The notes: generated by a model from the sequence alone, not told the origin. A stretch of DNA of 37,695 nucleotides from an uncultured Bacteroidales bacterium (GCA_964611705.1 CAZTAW010000002.1:1-37695); one strand, 5' to 3'. Positions 1 through 9,685 are shown, counted from the stretch's first letter. Program-made: numbers and translations.

Positions 1-188
1 TCTCTTATTAATGCTTCTGATTTTGTTTGGTATTCTTCGGTATAAATGAGCTTCCAGGGTCTGAATCTAGTCGTCCATTCTTTGTTTCTAAGTTCATTAT
101 GTGATTTAAGTCTTTCAGTCAAGTCACCTGTGTAACCGATATAAATTTTGTTGAACTTTTGGGAATAAAGTGCATAAACGTAATACAT
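1..188 (-). CDS. GIY-YIG nuclease-domain protein, N-terminal part only (runs off the window edge)
   Basis: Absent from the ORF track because it is truncated. Reverse-strand translation from the ATG at complement(186..188) reads MYYVYALYSQKFNKIYIGYTGDLTERLKSHNELRNKEWTTRFRPWKLIYTEEYQTKSEALIRE. This carries the Y..Y / IYIGYT / RL..HN pattern of the GIY-YIG fold. Confidence 0.7.
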   Translation of the reverse strand, partial: MYYVYALYSQKFNKIYIGYTGDLTERLKSHNELRNKEWTTRFRPWKLIYTEEYQTKSEALIR

Positions 189-239
189 ATGAATTGAAAT
201 ATGAAAGGCAATCTAAAGCAGATTGCCTTCCTGGTAAAG

Positions 240-313
240 TGGCGAGACCGAGAATTGAACTCGGGACCTCCGGGTTATGAATCCGACGCTCTAACCACCT
301 GAGCTACCTCGCC
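240..313 (-). tRNA. tRNA with CAT anticodon (elongator tRNA-Met; lysidine-type tRNA-Ile2 cannot be excluded)
   Basis: The reverse complement GGCGAGGTAGCTCAGGTGGTTAGAGCGTCGGATTCATAACCCGGAGGTCCCGAGTTCAATTCTCGGTCTCGCCA folds as a cloverleaf. Acceptor stem is 7 bp (G1-C72 paired, so not an initiator). D arm is GCTC/GAGC, anticodon loop is TTCATAA, and the T arm is CCGAG-TTCAATT-CTCGG. The discriminator is A and no CCA is encoded. Confidence 0.9.
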
Positions 314-537
314 GTTTTTAAAGGTGCAAAATTAGTAAAATTTGTTTGAAACCAATGAATTGATTCATGATTTTTTAGCACAGAAGTGTTTCATATAGAT
401 CAAAAAAATTATTAAAATACTAAGGAAGGTCTCAAAGAGACTGAAATAAAAATCTCAAGTTATGGCCTTGATAGCGGTATTTATTTCTATAAGCTTGTAA
501 CAACGGGTAAAACATACCGGGGCAAGGTCAGTATCAA

Positions 538-1674
538 TTAGATTTTACTGATTTTTTCAGTATAAACAATGTTTCTTTCTTTTAATTCCCTGAGGATAAA
601 ATCAACACATTTTTTATCCTTGCCAATGAATTCCGGAGGGGAAATACCTTTGTGTTTATAGAGTCCGTCAGCTACAAGACGAACCGTAGATGTTGCCGTA
701 TAACCTGTTGTGCGGGCCATGCTATGTGTATCAGTTTCGCTATCGTATTCATCGTACAAATCATACTCATAACGAATCCTTTTTCCATTTCTAATTCCTT
801 CAACAATGATCTTCATAACAGTGATATCCTGTTCGCCCTTTTCCAGTTTCCATTTCGGTAAAAGTAAAGCGGTTGTGAAATCAACAGGCTTTATTTTTTT
901 TCCGTTTATTTCAATCTCATCTTCATTAAAGAAGCCTGTCTCTTTTAACACTTTGATCTTGTCAATATGTCCGGGATATCGAAGTGTTTTTTCAATCATG
1001 TCGGGGATATCAAGTGTTTTGATAAGACTACGCAGTCCGTCGCTGTTAAATGCTTCCAGAGCCCCCACATAAGGAAAATCAAGAAGTTCCGGATCGGTAA
1101 GTGCAGGTTTTGTGATAAGCTTTTTGTTTTCAACAAAGCGTGCAGGGCGGGTATATTCTTCAATTACATCAATGGGTGAAAATACGGCTTTATATTCCCA
1201 TGGCCAGGTGCGTGTTTTAGGCAAGCCTCCAACATATATTTTTGCCGAGTGGGTTTCGTCCAATTGTTCTTTAGCATAAGCTACAAGAATATTACTCATT
1301 CCAGGTGCCACACCGATATCAGAAATAGCAACCACATTGTTTTTTTTAGCAAGCGAGTCCAGCTCAAACAGGTCTTCCGGAAAGAAGGCAATGTCAATTA
1401 CATTTTTTTTGCATTCAATAATCGTTTTCAAGGTTTGAAAGCCCATATGACCCGGTACTGCATTTAATGCCAAATCATGGTTTTTCAATAGCTGTATAAG
1501 CCCTGCCGGATATGAAATATCCGTATGAGTGGTTATTATGTTTTTTTCTGATGAAAGTTTTTCAAGATTCTCAGGGTTAATATCAGCTACGGTAATTTCA
1601 AACCGGGCATCTTTTGCCAGGTCTTTTGCCATTGGAGCACCAACCAATCCTGCACCCAATACGATAATTTTCAT
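538..1674 (-). CDS. saccharopine dehydrogenase family oxidoreductase (L-lysine dehydrogenase-like)
   Basis: 378-aa ORF with an N-terminal Rossmann motif (MKIIVLGAGLVGAPMA). The overall layout matches the Sacchrp_dh NADP-binding plus C-terminal domains (GVAPGMSN, RYPGH). It starts 2 nt after the stop of the upstream EamA gene on the same strand. Confidence 0.8.
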   Translation of the reverse strand: MKIIVLGAGLVGAPMAKDLAKDARFEITVADINPENLEKLSSEKNIITTHTDISYPAGLIQLLKNHDLALNAVPGHMGFQTLKTIIECKKNVIDIAFFPEDLFELDSLAKKNNVVAISDIGVAPGMSNILVAYAKEQLDETHSAKIYVGGLPKTRTWPWEYKAVFSPIDVIEEYTRPARFVENKKLITKPALTDPELLDFPYVGALEAFNSDGLRSLIKTLDIPDMIEKTLRYPGHIDKIKVLKETGFFNEDEIEINGKKIKPVDFTTALLLPKWKLEKGEQDITVMKIIVEGIRNGKRIRYEYDLYDEYDSETDTHSMARTTGYTATSTVRLVADGLYKHKGISPPEFIGKDKKCVDFILRELKERNIVYTEKISKI

Positions 1675-1676
1675 TA

Positions 1677-2597
1677 TTATAGTTTTAAGTCTTTCTTTTT
1701 TGATTTGTTATAAATCCTGATTTTTCTCAATTGTGTTATTAACACACCACAAATAACGATAATCATCCCGATTATCTTATTGAAATCGAAAAATTCATCA
1801 ACCAGAAAATATGCTGAAATGGCGGCAAAAACCGGTATCAGGTTTGAGTATACATTGGCCTTGCTCATACCAAGGTTTCGCACAGCCACCGTATAAAAAA
1901 TAAAAGACATGGATGATGCAAATACCGCTAGTAGGATTAATGAAGTAAACAGTTCGGTATTCAGTTTCACCTGAATAAAATTTTCATAATGAAAAACAAG
2001 AAAAAAAGGCAGGAAATAAAATATTCCTATTATGTTTTGATAGGTGATAATGCAGAGGGGGGTATATCTTTTTGTTAATTTTTTCAATATAACAGTATAA
2101 CAGAGTGCCGCCAAAACACCACCGAATAAATAAAGAATTCCTTTAGGAGAAGCCCTGAAGGTCAGGTCGGGATCAATCAGCATAAGGATGATTCCGAAGA
2201 AAGAGACTACAATCCCGAAAAGATTAAGCGTTGTGAGTCTTTCTCTAAGTGTAATGAAGGCGATAATAGGTGTAAACAAAGGGATAGTGGCAATAATTAC
2301 CGCACTTACAGTTGGCGAAACCAGGTTCAGTCCGTAACTTTCACCTAAAAAATAAAGGAAAGGATTGAACAATGCGGAAAGAAAAAAAAGGCCGTAATCC
2401 TTTTTTTGAATTTTTTGTGCTTTGTTAAGCAGAAAAATATAGCCGATCAAAACGATGGATGAGAGTGTCAATCTGATAAACACAGTAGTAAGCGGACTAT
2501 AGTATTCGAATACGATCTTGGACCAGACATATGACAATCCCCAGAAAATCATCGAAAAAATTGCATACAGGTGTGTTTGTATGTTATTTTGTTTCAA
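1677..2597 (-). CDS. EamA/DMT family transporter
   Basis: 306-aa ORF that is almost entirely hydrophobic, with about ten helices arranged as two similar halves, as in EamA repeats. It is divergent from a MarR gene. Confidence 0.8.
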   Translation of the reverse strand: MKQNNIQTHLYAIFSMIFWGLSYVWSKIVFEYYSPLTTVFIRLTLSSIVLIGYIFLLNKAQKIQKKDYGLFFLSALFNPFLYFLGESYGLNLVSPTVSAVIIATIPLFTPIIAFITLRERLTTLNLFGIVVSFFGIILMLIDPDLTFRASPKGILYLFGGVLAALCYTVILKKLTKRYTPLCIITYQNIIGIFYFLPFFLVFHYENFIQVKLNTELFTSLILLAVFASSMSFIFYTVAVRNLGMSKANVYSNLIPVFAAISAYFLVDEFFDFNKIIGMIIVICGVLITQLRKIRIYNKSKKKDLKL

Positions 2598-2677
2598 TGG
2601 AAATTAATTTTGTTATTTTTGGTTCCTAAACACGGCAAACAAGATATAAAAAAAATCCAAATATAAAGGTGTTGGAA

Positions 2678-3190
2678 ATGGATTATACAAGTATTCTTAT
2701 TAACATCAGGCGAATTGTAAGATCACTTAATCTTGAATCGAAAAGAATTTTAAAGGAATATGGCATAAGCATACCTCAGTTACTTTGTTTAAATTATTTA
2801 TCAGGAAAGGAAAATTACCAGTCGAGTGTAACTGAAATAGCCAGGTATCTGAAACTCAATCTCAGCACCGTTACCGGCATTGTAAGCCGCATGGAAAAGA
2901 AAGGCCTGCTGGCCCGCTTGCCCAAAATGGGCGATAAACGGGTAACTCCTGTTGCACTTACATCGGCAGGCCATAAAATGCTTGAAGATTCACCGGAATT
3001 AATTCATGATCAGTTGAGTCGCAAACTCAAACAATTAAGTAATGAAAAGCTAAGGGAAATTGACAGGTCACTGAAAACACTGGTTGATTATCTTGAAATT
3101 GACGATATGGCAGCCTCACCCATGATTACAATAGAAGAACCTATTATTTCAATTGAAAATCCTGAAAGCCCCAATATTAAAGCTGACTAA
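2678..3190 (+). CDS. MarR family transcriptional regulator
   Basis: The winged-helix core SVTEIARYLKLNLSTVTGIVSRMEKKGLLARLPKMGDKRV is typical of MarR. The ATG at 2678 is preferred over the GTG at 2669 reported in the ORF track. It is divergent from the EamA transporter, a classic regulator/exporter pair. Confidence 0.85.
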   Translation: MDYTSILINIRRIVRSLNLESKRILKEYGISIPQLLCLNYLSGKENYQSSVTEIARYLKLNLSTVTGIVSRMEKKGLLARLPKMGDKRVTPVALTSAGHKMLEDSPELIHDQLSRKLKQLSNEKLREIDRSLKTLVDYLEIDDMAASPMITIEEPIISIENPESPNIKAD

Positions 3191-3292
3191 GTTTCATACA
3201 GGGGTATATGCATATTTATTTTTAATTTTTTCAATAGGAAAAGAATTTTTTTATAATTTTGTTTCCATAGAAACTAATTGTCAAAATAGTAC

Positions 3293-3667
3293 ATGTTAAA
3301 ACTCAAGGAAAGAATTATTCAAGCTCTTAGGGATTATTTAAAAGATAAAGATTATGACGAGTTCAGATCGGTATTAAAAGGTATGGATGATCCGCATAAA
3401 ATAATGTCCAATGAAACAAAAAAATCCTATACCCCTGATTTGGTAGCAATTCGCAAGGGGAGTAAATATCTGTTTGAGATTGAGATTGCAGATGATCCCA
3501 ATGAAAACGAACTCGTTGAGAAATGCCGGGTGCTTTCAACAGAAGCCGAGAAAATGGAAGGGAAGTTAAATCTGGTGGTTCCTGTTGAAAATTACGGTAA
3601 AGTTCTTCAGATTCTTAACAACAACAAGCTTGAGAATATTGGTATACTGCAAATTAACACACATTAA
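3293..3667 (+). CDS. hypothetical small cytoplasmic protein
   Basis: 124-aa ORF with no TM segment and coding-like composition. PDLVAIRKGSKYLFEIEI weakly resembles a PD-(D/E)xK core, but I do not recognise a family. Confidence 0.5.
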   Translation: MLKLKERIIQALRDYLKDKDYDEFRSVLKGMDDPHKIMSNETKKSYTPDLVAIRKGSKYLFEIEIADDPNENELVEKCRVLSTEAEKMEGKLNLVVPVENYGKVLQILNNNKLENIGILQINTH

Positions 3668-3705
3668 TCAAGTTATCTCACCTATCTTAAAAAATAGGAG
3701 TTTCA

Positions 3706-5163
3706 ATGCATATTGTTGATTTAACAATTTTTATCCTTTACATCACTGTGATGTTGGGCATTGGTTTCTATTTTCATAAAAAGAACAAAGATATTGATGA
3801 CTATTATGTGGGTGGTCGTAAAATGGGGAGCTTCCATATCGGGCTCTCAGTAGTGGCAACCGATGTAGGAGGCGGTTTCTCAATTGGTTTGGGGGGGCTT
3901 GGTTTTGCTATTGGACTATCGGGTTCATGGATGCTTTTTACTGGCCTGGTTGGTGCCTGGCTTTGTGCAGTTATTTTGATACCGCGAATTAAAAAACTTT
4001 CACAAAATGTAAAACTTTATACTTTCCCGCAAATATTTGAAACATTCTATAGCAAGGAAGTAGCTATTGTTGCGGGTATTATCTCAGCAATTGGATATTT
4101 GGGTTTTACAAGTTCGCAATTGCTGGCAGGGGCAAAACTCGCATCAGCGACCTTTACAAACCTGGACCTGCAGAATGCCTTGTTACTCATGGGTTTTGTG
4201 GCTATTGTTTATACGGTGCTGGGTGGGCTCAAGGCTGTAATTTATACTGATAGCGTACAATGGGCTATTTTGATGTCAGGTTTAATTTTTGTCGCAATAC
4301 CCTTTGCATACCATGAAATTGGAGGAATGCAGGCTATACGTGCGACAGTTGGCCCGGAGTTTATAAGGCTGGATAATCTTACCTGGCAGATGTTCCTTAA
4401 CTGGTTTATTACAATTGTGCCAATCTGGTTTGTCGGAATGACCTTGTACCAGCGCATATATGCTGCACGAGACGTGAAAGCAGCAAAGCGTGCCTGGTAT
4501 ATTGCCGGAATATTCGAATGGCCGATCATGGCTTTTATGGGTGTTTTGCTGGGGCTTTTTGCCAGGGTAGCATTTGAAAACGGACTGTTTTTGGATATGG
4601 GATTTGAATCAAGTGAGAATTTGGACAGTGAAATGGGATTACCTTTGCTACTCAGAAATATTTTGCCATTTGGACTAATGGGATTGATACTTTCCGCTTA
4701 TTTTTCTGCGATACTTTCAACAGCGGATAGTTGCCTGATGGCGGCATCAGGAAATGTGCTCACAGATATTATTGAAAGAATTAAAAAGGTAAAGTCCAGC
4801 CAAAAAAGCTCTTTAATGTTATCCAAAATTCTAACCCTGATTATTGGCGCTTCTGCATTGATTATAGCCTGGCGTATGACCATGGTGCTTGAACTTATGC
4901 TTTCGTCGTATGCTTTTATGGTTTCGGGTTTGTTTATTCCTGTTCTGGGAGCCATATTCCTGAAACGACGTAGCCCGCTGGCTGCGCTCGGTGCTATGAT
5001 ACTGGGTGGGGGTACCACCTTAATACTCATCATACAGGAAGCGAAAACATCTTTTGGCCTCGATCATAATATTTTCGGAATTTCGGTAGCATTATTAACG
5101 TATATAATTATTCATTTATTAACCATAAATAAGAGGAGAAATCATGAAATTCAGAATAATTGA
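3706..5163 (+). CDS. sodium:solute symporter (SSF) family transporter
   Basis: 485 aa with about 13 hydrophobic helices. The N-terminal YYVGGRKMG...GLSVVATDVGGGFSIG is typical of SSF (PutP/PanF/SglT-like) proteins. Confidence 0.85.
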   Translation: MHIVDLTIFILYITVMLGIGFYFHKKNKDIDDYYVGGRKMGSFHIGLSVVATDVGGGFSIGLGGLGFAIGLSGSWMLFTGLVGAWLCAVILIPRIKKLSQNVKLYTFPQIFETFYSKEVAIVAGIISAIGYLGFTSSQLLAGAKLASATFTNLDLQNALLLMGFVAIVYTVLGGLKAVIYTDSVQWAILMSGLIFVAIPFAYHEIGGMQAIRATVGPEFIRLDNLTWQMFLNWFITIVPIWFVGMTLYQRIYAARDVKAAKRAWYIAGIFEWPIMAFMGVLLGLFARVAFENGLFLDMGFESSENLDSEMGLPLLLRNILPFGLMGLILSAYFSAILSTADSCLMAASGNVLTDIIERIKKVKSSQKSSLMLSKILTLIIGASALIIAWRMTMVLELMLSSYAFMVSGLFIPVLGAIFLKRRSPLAALGAMILGGGTTLILIIQEAKTSFGLDHNIFGISVALLTYIIIHLLTINKRRNHEIQNN

Positions 5164-5581
5164 TTCAATGAATCCGATAGGAATAGTTGAAAAGAAAAAG
5201 ATCACAAAGTTTTTGCATAAACATCTTGATCAGTACGGAGACAATGAAGAAGATATCATGAGCGCATTAGACTATGCACTTCAGGAAACTTCGGTTGACG
5301 GGGGGTTTATCCTTTTGGGATTGGAAGATGATCAGATCGTGGGTGCTGTTGTGTTCAATAAAACTGGTATGAAAGGATATATTCCGGAAAACGTACTCGT
5401 TTACATTGCCGTTCACCGCGATTACAGGGGAAAGGGATATGGAAAGAAATTGATGGAGAAAGCACTGAAGAATTGCACGGGTAGTGTAAAGCTCCATGTT
5501 GAACCCGATAATCCGGCGAGGTTTTTGTACGAAAAAGTTGGGTTTACCAATAAATACCTTGAGTACAGGTATACAAGGTAA
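5144..5581 (+). CDS. GNAT family N-acetyltransferase
   Basis: 145 aa. Acetyl-CoA motif A is present as VHRDYRGKGYGKKLMEKAL, and the GNAT end as ARFLYEKVGF. It overlaps the transporter gene by 20 nt. Confidence 0.85.
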   Translation: MKFRIIDSMNPIGIVEKKKITKFLHKHLDQYGDNEEDIMSALDYALQETSVDGGFILLGLEDDQIVGAVVFNKTGMKGYIPENVLVYIAVHRDYRGKGYGKKLMEKALKNCTGSVKLHVEPDNPARFLYEKVGFTNKYLEYRYTR

Positions 5582-5597
5582 GTTTTAAAATATCGAA

Positions 5598-6740
5598 ATG
5601 TTATATCTGAAAGAACTTAAAAAACTCAGACTTCAGCTCCATAGTCACCCGGAGCTATCAGGCCAGGAGGAATATACAGCCTCAAGGATTGTTGATTTTA
5701 TAAGCCGGTATCATCCTGATGAAGTAGTAAAAAACATTGCCGGTCATGGACTTGCCTTTGTTTTTAAAGGTAAGGTTGAAGGACCTGTTGTTATGTTCCG
5801 TTGCGAGCTGGATGCATTGCCTATACATGAAATCAATGAATTTGATCACAGATCGGTTTATGATAATGTAGGGCATAAATGCGGGCATGATGGGCATATG
5901 GCCATTTTGTCAGGTGTTGCCCAGGTGCTTTCCAAATCACCGCCGGAAAACGGAAATGTGATTTTGTTGTTCCAACCTGAAGAAGAAACCGGTCAGGGAG
6001 CCGAAAAAGTTGTAAATGATCCGGCATTTCAAGCCCTGAATATTGACTATGTTTTTGCATTGCATAATTTACCGGGATACAAAAAAGGGGAAATCATCCT
6101 TCGGAAAAAAGTATTTGCATCTGCTTCGAAAGGGATGATTATGAAGTTGAAAGGAAAATCATCCCATGCCGGGGAACCGGAGAACGGGATTAATCCGGCT
6201 ATTGCCGCAGCAAAGATCATTCAATCATTTTCAGGTTTATCCAAACAAAAGAAAGGGTTCAACGATTTTAAACTGATTACCATTATCCATGCCAGAATCG
6301 GTGAACGGGCTTTCGGAACCAATCCCGGTTATGGCGAAATCATGGTAACACTACGCTCATACCGGAATGATGATATGGATTCACTAAGTGATCAGGCTGA
6401 AAAAATTGCCAGAGATATTGCCAAAGAAGAAAAACTGGGTATAGATATTACATGGGTTGAAGAGTTTCCGGCCTCTGTAAACCACAATGAATTTGTAGAA
6501 ACTATTGAAGAAATATGTAGTAAAGAAAGCTACTCCTTTATGTATAAAGATGTACCTTTTAAATGGTCGGAGGATTTTGCACATTTCCTTTTGAATTACC
6601 AAGGTGCATTATTCGGATTAGGCTCAGGAGAAAAAACACCCCAGTTGCATAATCCTGATTATGATTTTCCGGACGAAATAACAGAAAGAGGTGTGGAAAT
6701 TTTTGTGTCAATTTATAAAAAGATTTTGAATCAGCGATGA
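5598..6740 (+). CDS. M20D family amidohydrolase (N-acyl-amino-acid / hippurate hydrolase-like)
   Basis: 380 aa. Contains LHSHPELSGQEEYTA, a HKCGHDGH metal site and FQPEEETGQGA, which are typical of the M20 peptidase/aminoacylase family. Confidence 0.85.
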   Translation: MLYLKELKKLRLQLHSHPELSGQEEYTASRIVDFISRYHPDEVVKNIAGHGLAFVFKGKVEGPVVMFRCELDALPIHEINEFDHRSVYDNVGHKCGHDGHMAILSGVAQVLSKSPPENGNVILLFQPEEETGQGAEKVVNDPAFQALNIDYVFALHNLPGYKKGEIILRKKVFASASKGMIMKLKGKSSHAGEPENGINPAIAAAKIIQSFSGLSKQKKGFNDFKLITIIHARIGERAFGTNPGYGEIMVTLRSYRNDDMDSLSDQAEKIARDIAKEEKLGIDITWVEEFPASVNHNEFVETIEEICSKESYSFMYKDVPFKWSEDFAHFLLNYQGALFGLGSGEKTPQLHNPDYDFPDEITERGVEIFVSIYKKILNQR

Positions 6741-7894
6741 GCGAAATAGAAAGCACATCAATAATAGAACTGGATCAATCTGCATTAAGAAGTAATATTG
6801 ATTTCCTGCGTTCACAGTTTGGCCCGGAAGTTAAAATATCTTCAGTGGTTAAAGGTAATGCCTATGGTCATGGAATAGATGAGTTTATTCCAATGGCTGA
6901 GCAATGCGGTATTGACCATTTTTCGGTATTTAGTGCCGATGAAGCACATTCTGTCTGGAAAAATAAAGAAAAATATACCCGGGTTATGATTATGGGTTAT
7001 GTTGACAATTCTGCACTTGAGTGGGCCATTGAGAACGAAATTGAGTTTTATGTCTTTGAACTTGAAAGGTTGATCAATACCATTGATATTGCCAGAAAAA
7101 TTGGAAAACCTGCACTAATCCATCTTGATGCTGAAACCGGTATGAACAGAACCGGTTTAAGCCAGAAATCTTTAAGTAAAGCGGTTAAGCTGATAATAAA
7201 CAATGCCGATCGAATCATTGTTAAAGGATTATGTACTCATTACGCAGGCGCCGAGAGTATTGCAAATCATGTAAGAGTGCAAAAGCAGTATACACGGTTC
7301 AACCGCATTTACAATTGGCTTATAAAACATGGCATTAGACCCGAATTAAAGCACACTGCAAGTTCAGCAGCCGCTATGACATACCCCAAAACACGCATGG
7401 ATATGGTCCGTATTGGTATTCTGCAGTATGGATTCTGGCCGGGGCAGGAAACCTACATACATTATGTGAATCGGCAGCGTGATAAAAAAGACCCGCTTAA
7501 AAGAGTGATCAGTTGGAAAACAAAGATCATGAGTATTAAAAATGTTAAACAGGGTGAGTTCGTAAGTTACGGTACTTCTTTTTTTGCAACGGATAACAAA
7601 CGAATTGCCATCATCCCGGTAGGATATTCATATGGATACAGTCGTTCGTTGAGTAATATCGGACGTGTGCTTATCGGGGGACAGCGTGTGCTGGTAATAG
7701 GTAATGTGAATATGAACATGATTATTGCCGATATTACCAATATTCCTGAAGCTGATGTGGGTGATGAAGTCGTTATTATTGGTTCACAGGGTATAAGTAA
7801 TATTTCTGTTGCTTCATTTACCGATTTGAGTGACCAGTTGAATTACGAATTGCTTAGCCGGCTTCCTGCAAAAATAACACGAATTATTAATTAA
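6737..7894 (+). CDS. alr: alanine racemase
   Basis: 385 aa. The PLP-lysine motif SSVVKGNAYGHG and a fold-type III racemase layout are present (RIGILQYGFWP, C-terminal beta domain). An ATGA overlap joins it to the upstream gene. Confidence 0.88.
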   Translation: MSEIESTSIIELDQSALRSNIDFLRSQFGPEVKISSVVKGNAYGHGIDEFIPMAEQCGIDHFSVFSADEAHSVWKNKEKYTRVMIMGYVDNSALEWAIENEIEFYVFELERLINTIDIARKIGKPALIHLDAETGMNRTGLSQKSLSKAVKLIINNADRIIVKGLCTHYAGAESIANHVRVQKQYTRFNRIYNWLIKHGIRPELKHTASSAAAMTYPKTRMDMVRIGILQYGFWPGQETYIHYVNRQRDKKDPLKRVISWKTKIMSIKNVKQGEFVSYGTSFFATDNKRIAIIPVGYSYGYSRSLSNIGRVLIGGQRVLVIGNVNMNMIIADITNIPEADVGDEVVIIGSQGISNISVASFTDLSDQLNYELLSRLPAKITRIIN

Positions 7895-7905
7895 TAATAT
7901 ATACC

Positions 7906-8976
7906 ATGGCTTATATTGAATTACACAGGGAAAATCTTAAACATAATTTTCACTTTCTGGATAATCTTTTTAAAAAGAACGATATTGATTGGGGAGTGGT
8001 AAGCAAGCTTCTTTGCGGAAATAAAATTTACCTTAAAGAGCTTTTAGCCCTTGGTGTGCGTGAAATACATGATTCGAGAATCAGTAATTTGAAAGCTTTA
8101 AAAGAGCTTGACAAAGATGTACAGACAGTGTACATTAAACCTCCCGCAAAAAGAAGCATCAAAAATCTTGTTAAATATGCCGATGTGAGCTTTAATACCG
8201 AATACTCCACCATTAAGCTGATTTCAGATGAAGCAGTAAGACAGAAAAAAGAGCATAAAATCATCATAATGATCGAAATGGGAGACCTTAGGGAAGGCGT
8301 GCTGGGTGAGCAGCTTGTGGACTTTTATTCCAGTATTTTTAAGCTTCCCAATATCGAAGTAATAGGACTTGGAACAAATTTAAACTGCCTCAATGGTGTA
8401 ATGCCTACACATGATAAAATGGTGCAATTGAGTTTATATGAACAGTTGATCGAAGCGAAATTCAACAAACGGATCCCGTGGGTTTCGGGAGGCTCTTCCG
8501 TTACCATTCCTCTGATATTTAAGAAGTTGATTCCCATGGGCATTAATCATTTCAGGGTAGGTGAGACTTTATACAATGGTATGAATTTGCTTACCGATAA
8601 ACCACTGAAGGGAATGAAGAATGATGTTTTTAAATTGTATGCAGAGATCATTGAGCTGACTAAAAAACCCAAAATCCCGAGCGGGGAATTCGGCACCAAT
8701 GTAGCTGGTGACAAACCCACTTTTAATGCTGAAGATTACGGGAAAACATCTTACAGGGCTATTTTGGATATTGGTTTGCTGGACATACAAACACGTTATA
8801 TAGAACCGGTTAAGAAAAATATTGAAATATCAGGCGCCAGCTCTGATATGATTGTGCTTGACCTCGGGCAAAACCGCTCACGGCTTAAAGTTGGTGATCT
8901 GATTGCTTTCCGCCTCGACTATATGGGTATATTATCCGTTCTGAATTCGGATTATATCCAAAAGGTTGTTGTTTAA
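7906..8976 (+). CDS. alanine/ornithine racemase family PLP-dependent enzyme (second fold-type III racemase-like protein)
   Basis: 356 aa. The N-terminal TIM-barrel-like half has a candidate PLP lysine in WGVVSKLLCGN. Size and layout resemble YhfX/ornithine-racemase-type proteins. It lies 11 nt after alr. Confidence 0.65.
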   Translation: MAYIELHRENLKHNFHFLDNLFKKNDIDWGVVSKLLCGNKIYLKELLALGVREIHDSRISNLKALKELDKDVQTVYIKPPAKRSIKNLVKYADVSFNTEYSTIKLISDEAVRQKKEHKIIIMIEMGDLREGVLGEQLVDFYSSIFKLPNIEVIGLGTNLNCLNGVMPTHDKMVQLSLYEQLIEAKFNKRIPWVSGGSSVTIPLIFKKLIPMGINHFRVGETLYNGMNLLTDKPLKGMKNDVFKLYAEIIELTKKPKIPSGEFGTNVAGDKPTFNAEDYGKTSYRAILDIGLLDIQTRYIEPVKKNIEISGASSDMIVLDLGQNRSRLKVGDLIAFRLDYMGILSVLNSDYIQKVVV

Positions 8977-9008
8977 CAAATCTTTTCAATTAAATATTAC
9001 ATAATAAA

Positions 9009-9040
9009 TGCTGCTTACCGGAAGCAGTATGTATTTTTTT
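9009..9040 (+). terminator. candidate intrinsic terminator of the transporter-racemase operon
   Basis: The stem CTGCTT (9011..9016) pairs with AAGCAG (9022..9027). It is followed by TATGTATTTTTTT, with a T-run at 9034..9040. Confidence 0.5.
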
Positions 9041-9099
9041 GTAATAACTGTCACATTAGTTTTTAATTTTAGTCTTTATCATAAAACAGGATTTGAAGC

Positions 9100-9672
9100 T
9101 TGAATAGTAAAAATAGAAATATTCATCATCAGTTGATTGATAAGTGCCGTGAAGGAAACCAAAAGGCACAGATGGAAATTTATAAACTTTATTACAAAGC
9201 CATGTTCAATACATCATTCAGGATCACCGGAAATAAGGAGGAAGCGGAAGATGTTATGCAGGATGCTTTTCTGGATGCTTTTTCAAAGATTGATCAGTAT
9301 GATGAAAAGGCAACATTTGGAGCATGGCTGAAAAAAATCGTGATCAACAAATCTATTGATCAATACAAACAACAACGTATTGAAACAGTTTCTGTTGATG
9401 AGGAGAAAGTTGATACTATCCCGGAAAGTATCGAGGAAGATCATTTTGAGATATTGTCATATAAAATGGATATGATAAGACGGGCGATAGAACAGTTGCC
9501 TGATCAATACCGGATTATTGTTTCGCTTTATTTGCTCGAAGGCTATGACCATGAAGAGATATCGGGAATTTTGGATGTTTCTTATGATAATTCCCGGACG
9601 AGATTTTCGAGGGCAAAGAAAAAAATCTTGAAAAATTTACAGCAAATTAAACTTATGGAACAAGTAAACTAA
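9100..9672 (+). CDS. ECF (sigma-70 group 4) RNA polymerase sigma factor
   Basis: 190 aa. Region 2 is present as AEDVMQDAFLDAF...WLKKIVINKSID, and region 4 as LPDQYRIIVSLYLLEGYDHEEISGILDVSYDNSRTRFSRAKKKI. The start is a TTG, and no upstream in-frame ATG precedes the conserved LIDKCREGNQKA. Confidence 0.9.
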   Translation: MNSKNRNIHHQLIDKCREGNQKAQMEIYKLYYKAMFNTSFRITGNKEEAEDVMQDAFLDAFSKIDQYDEKATFGAWLKKIVINKSIDQYKQQRIETVSVDEEKVDTIPESIEEDHFEILSYKMDMIRRAIEQLPDQYRIIVSLYLLEGYDHEEISGILDVSYDNSRTRFSRAKKKILKNLQQIKLMEQVN

Positions 9673-9685
9673 CTTACTAACAACA

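Noticed and set aside
240-313. An initiator tRNA-fMet assignment for the CAT tRNA, because the anticodon arm resembles CTCATAACCC.
   Set aside because: Positions 1 and 72 form a normal G-C pair. The anticodon stem has only two of the three consecutive G-C pairs typical of initiators (A at position 31).
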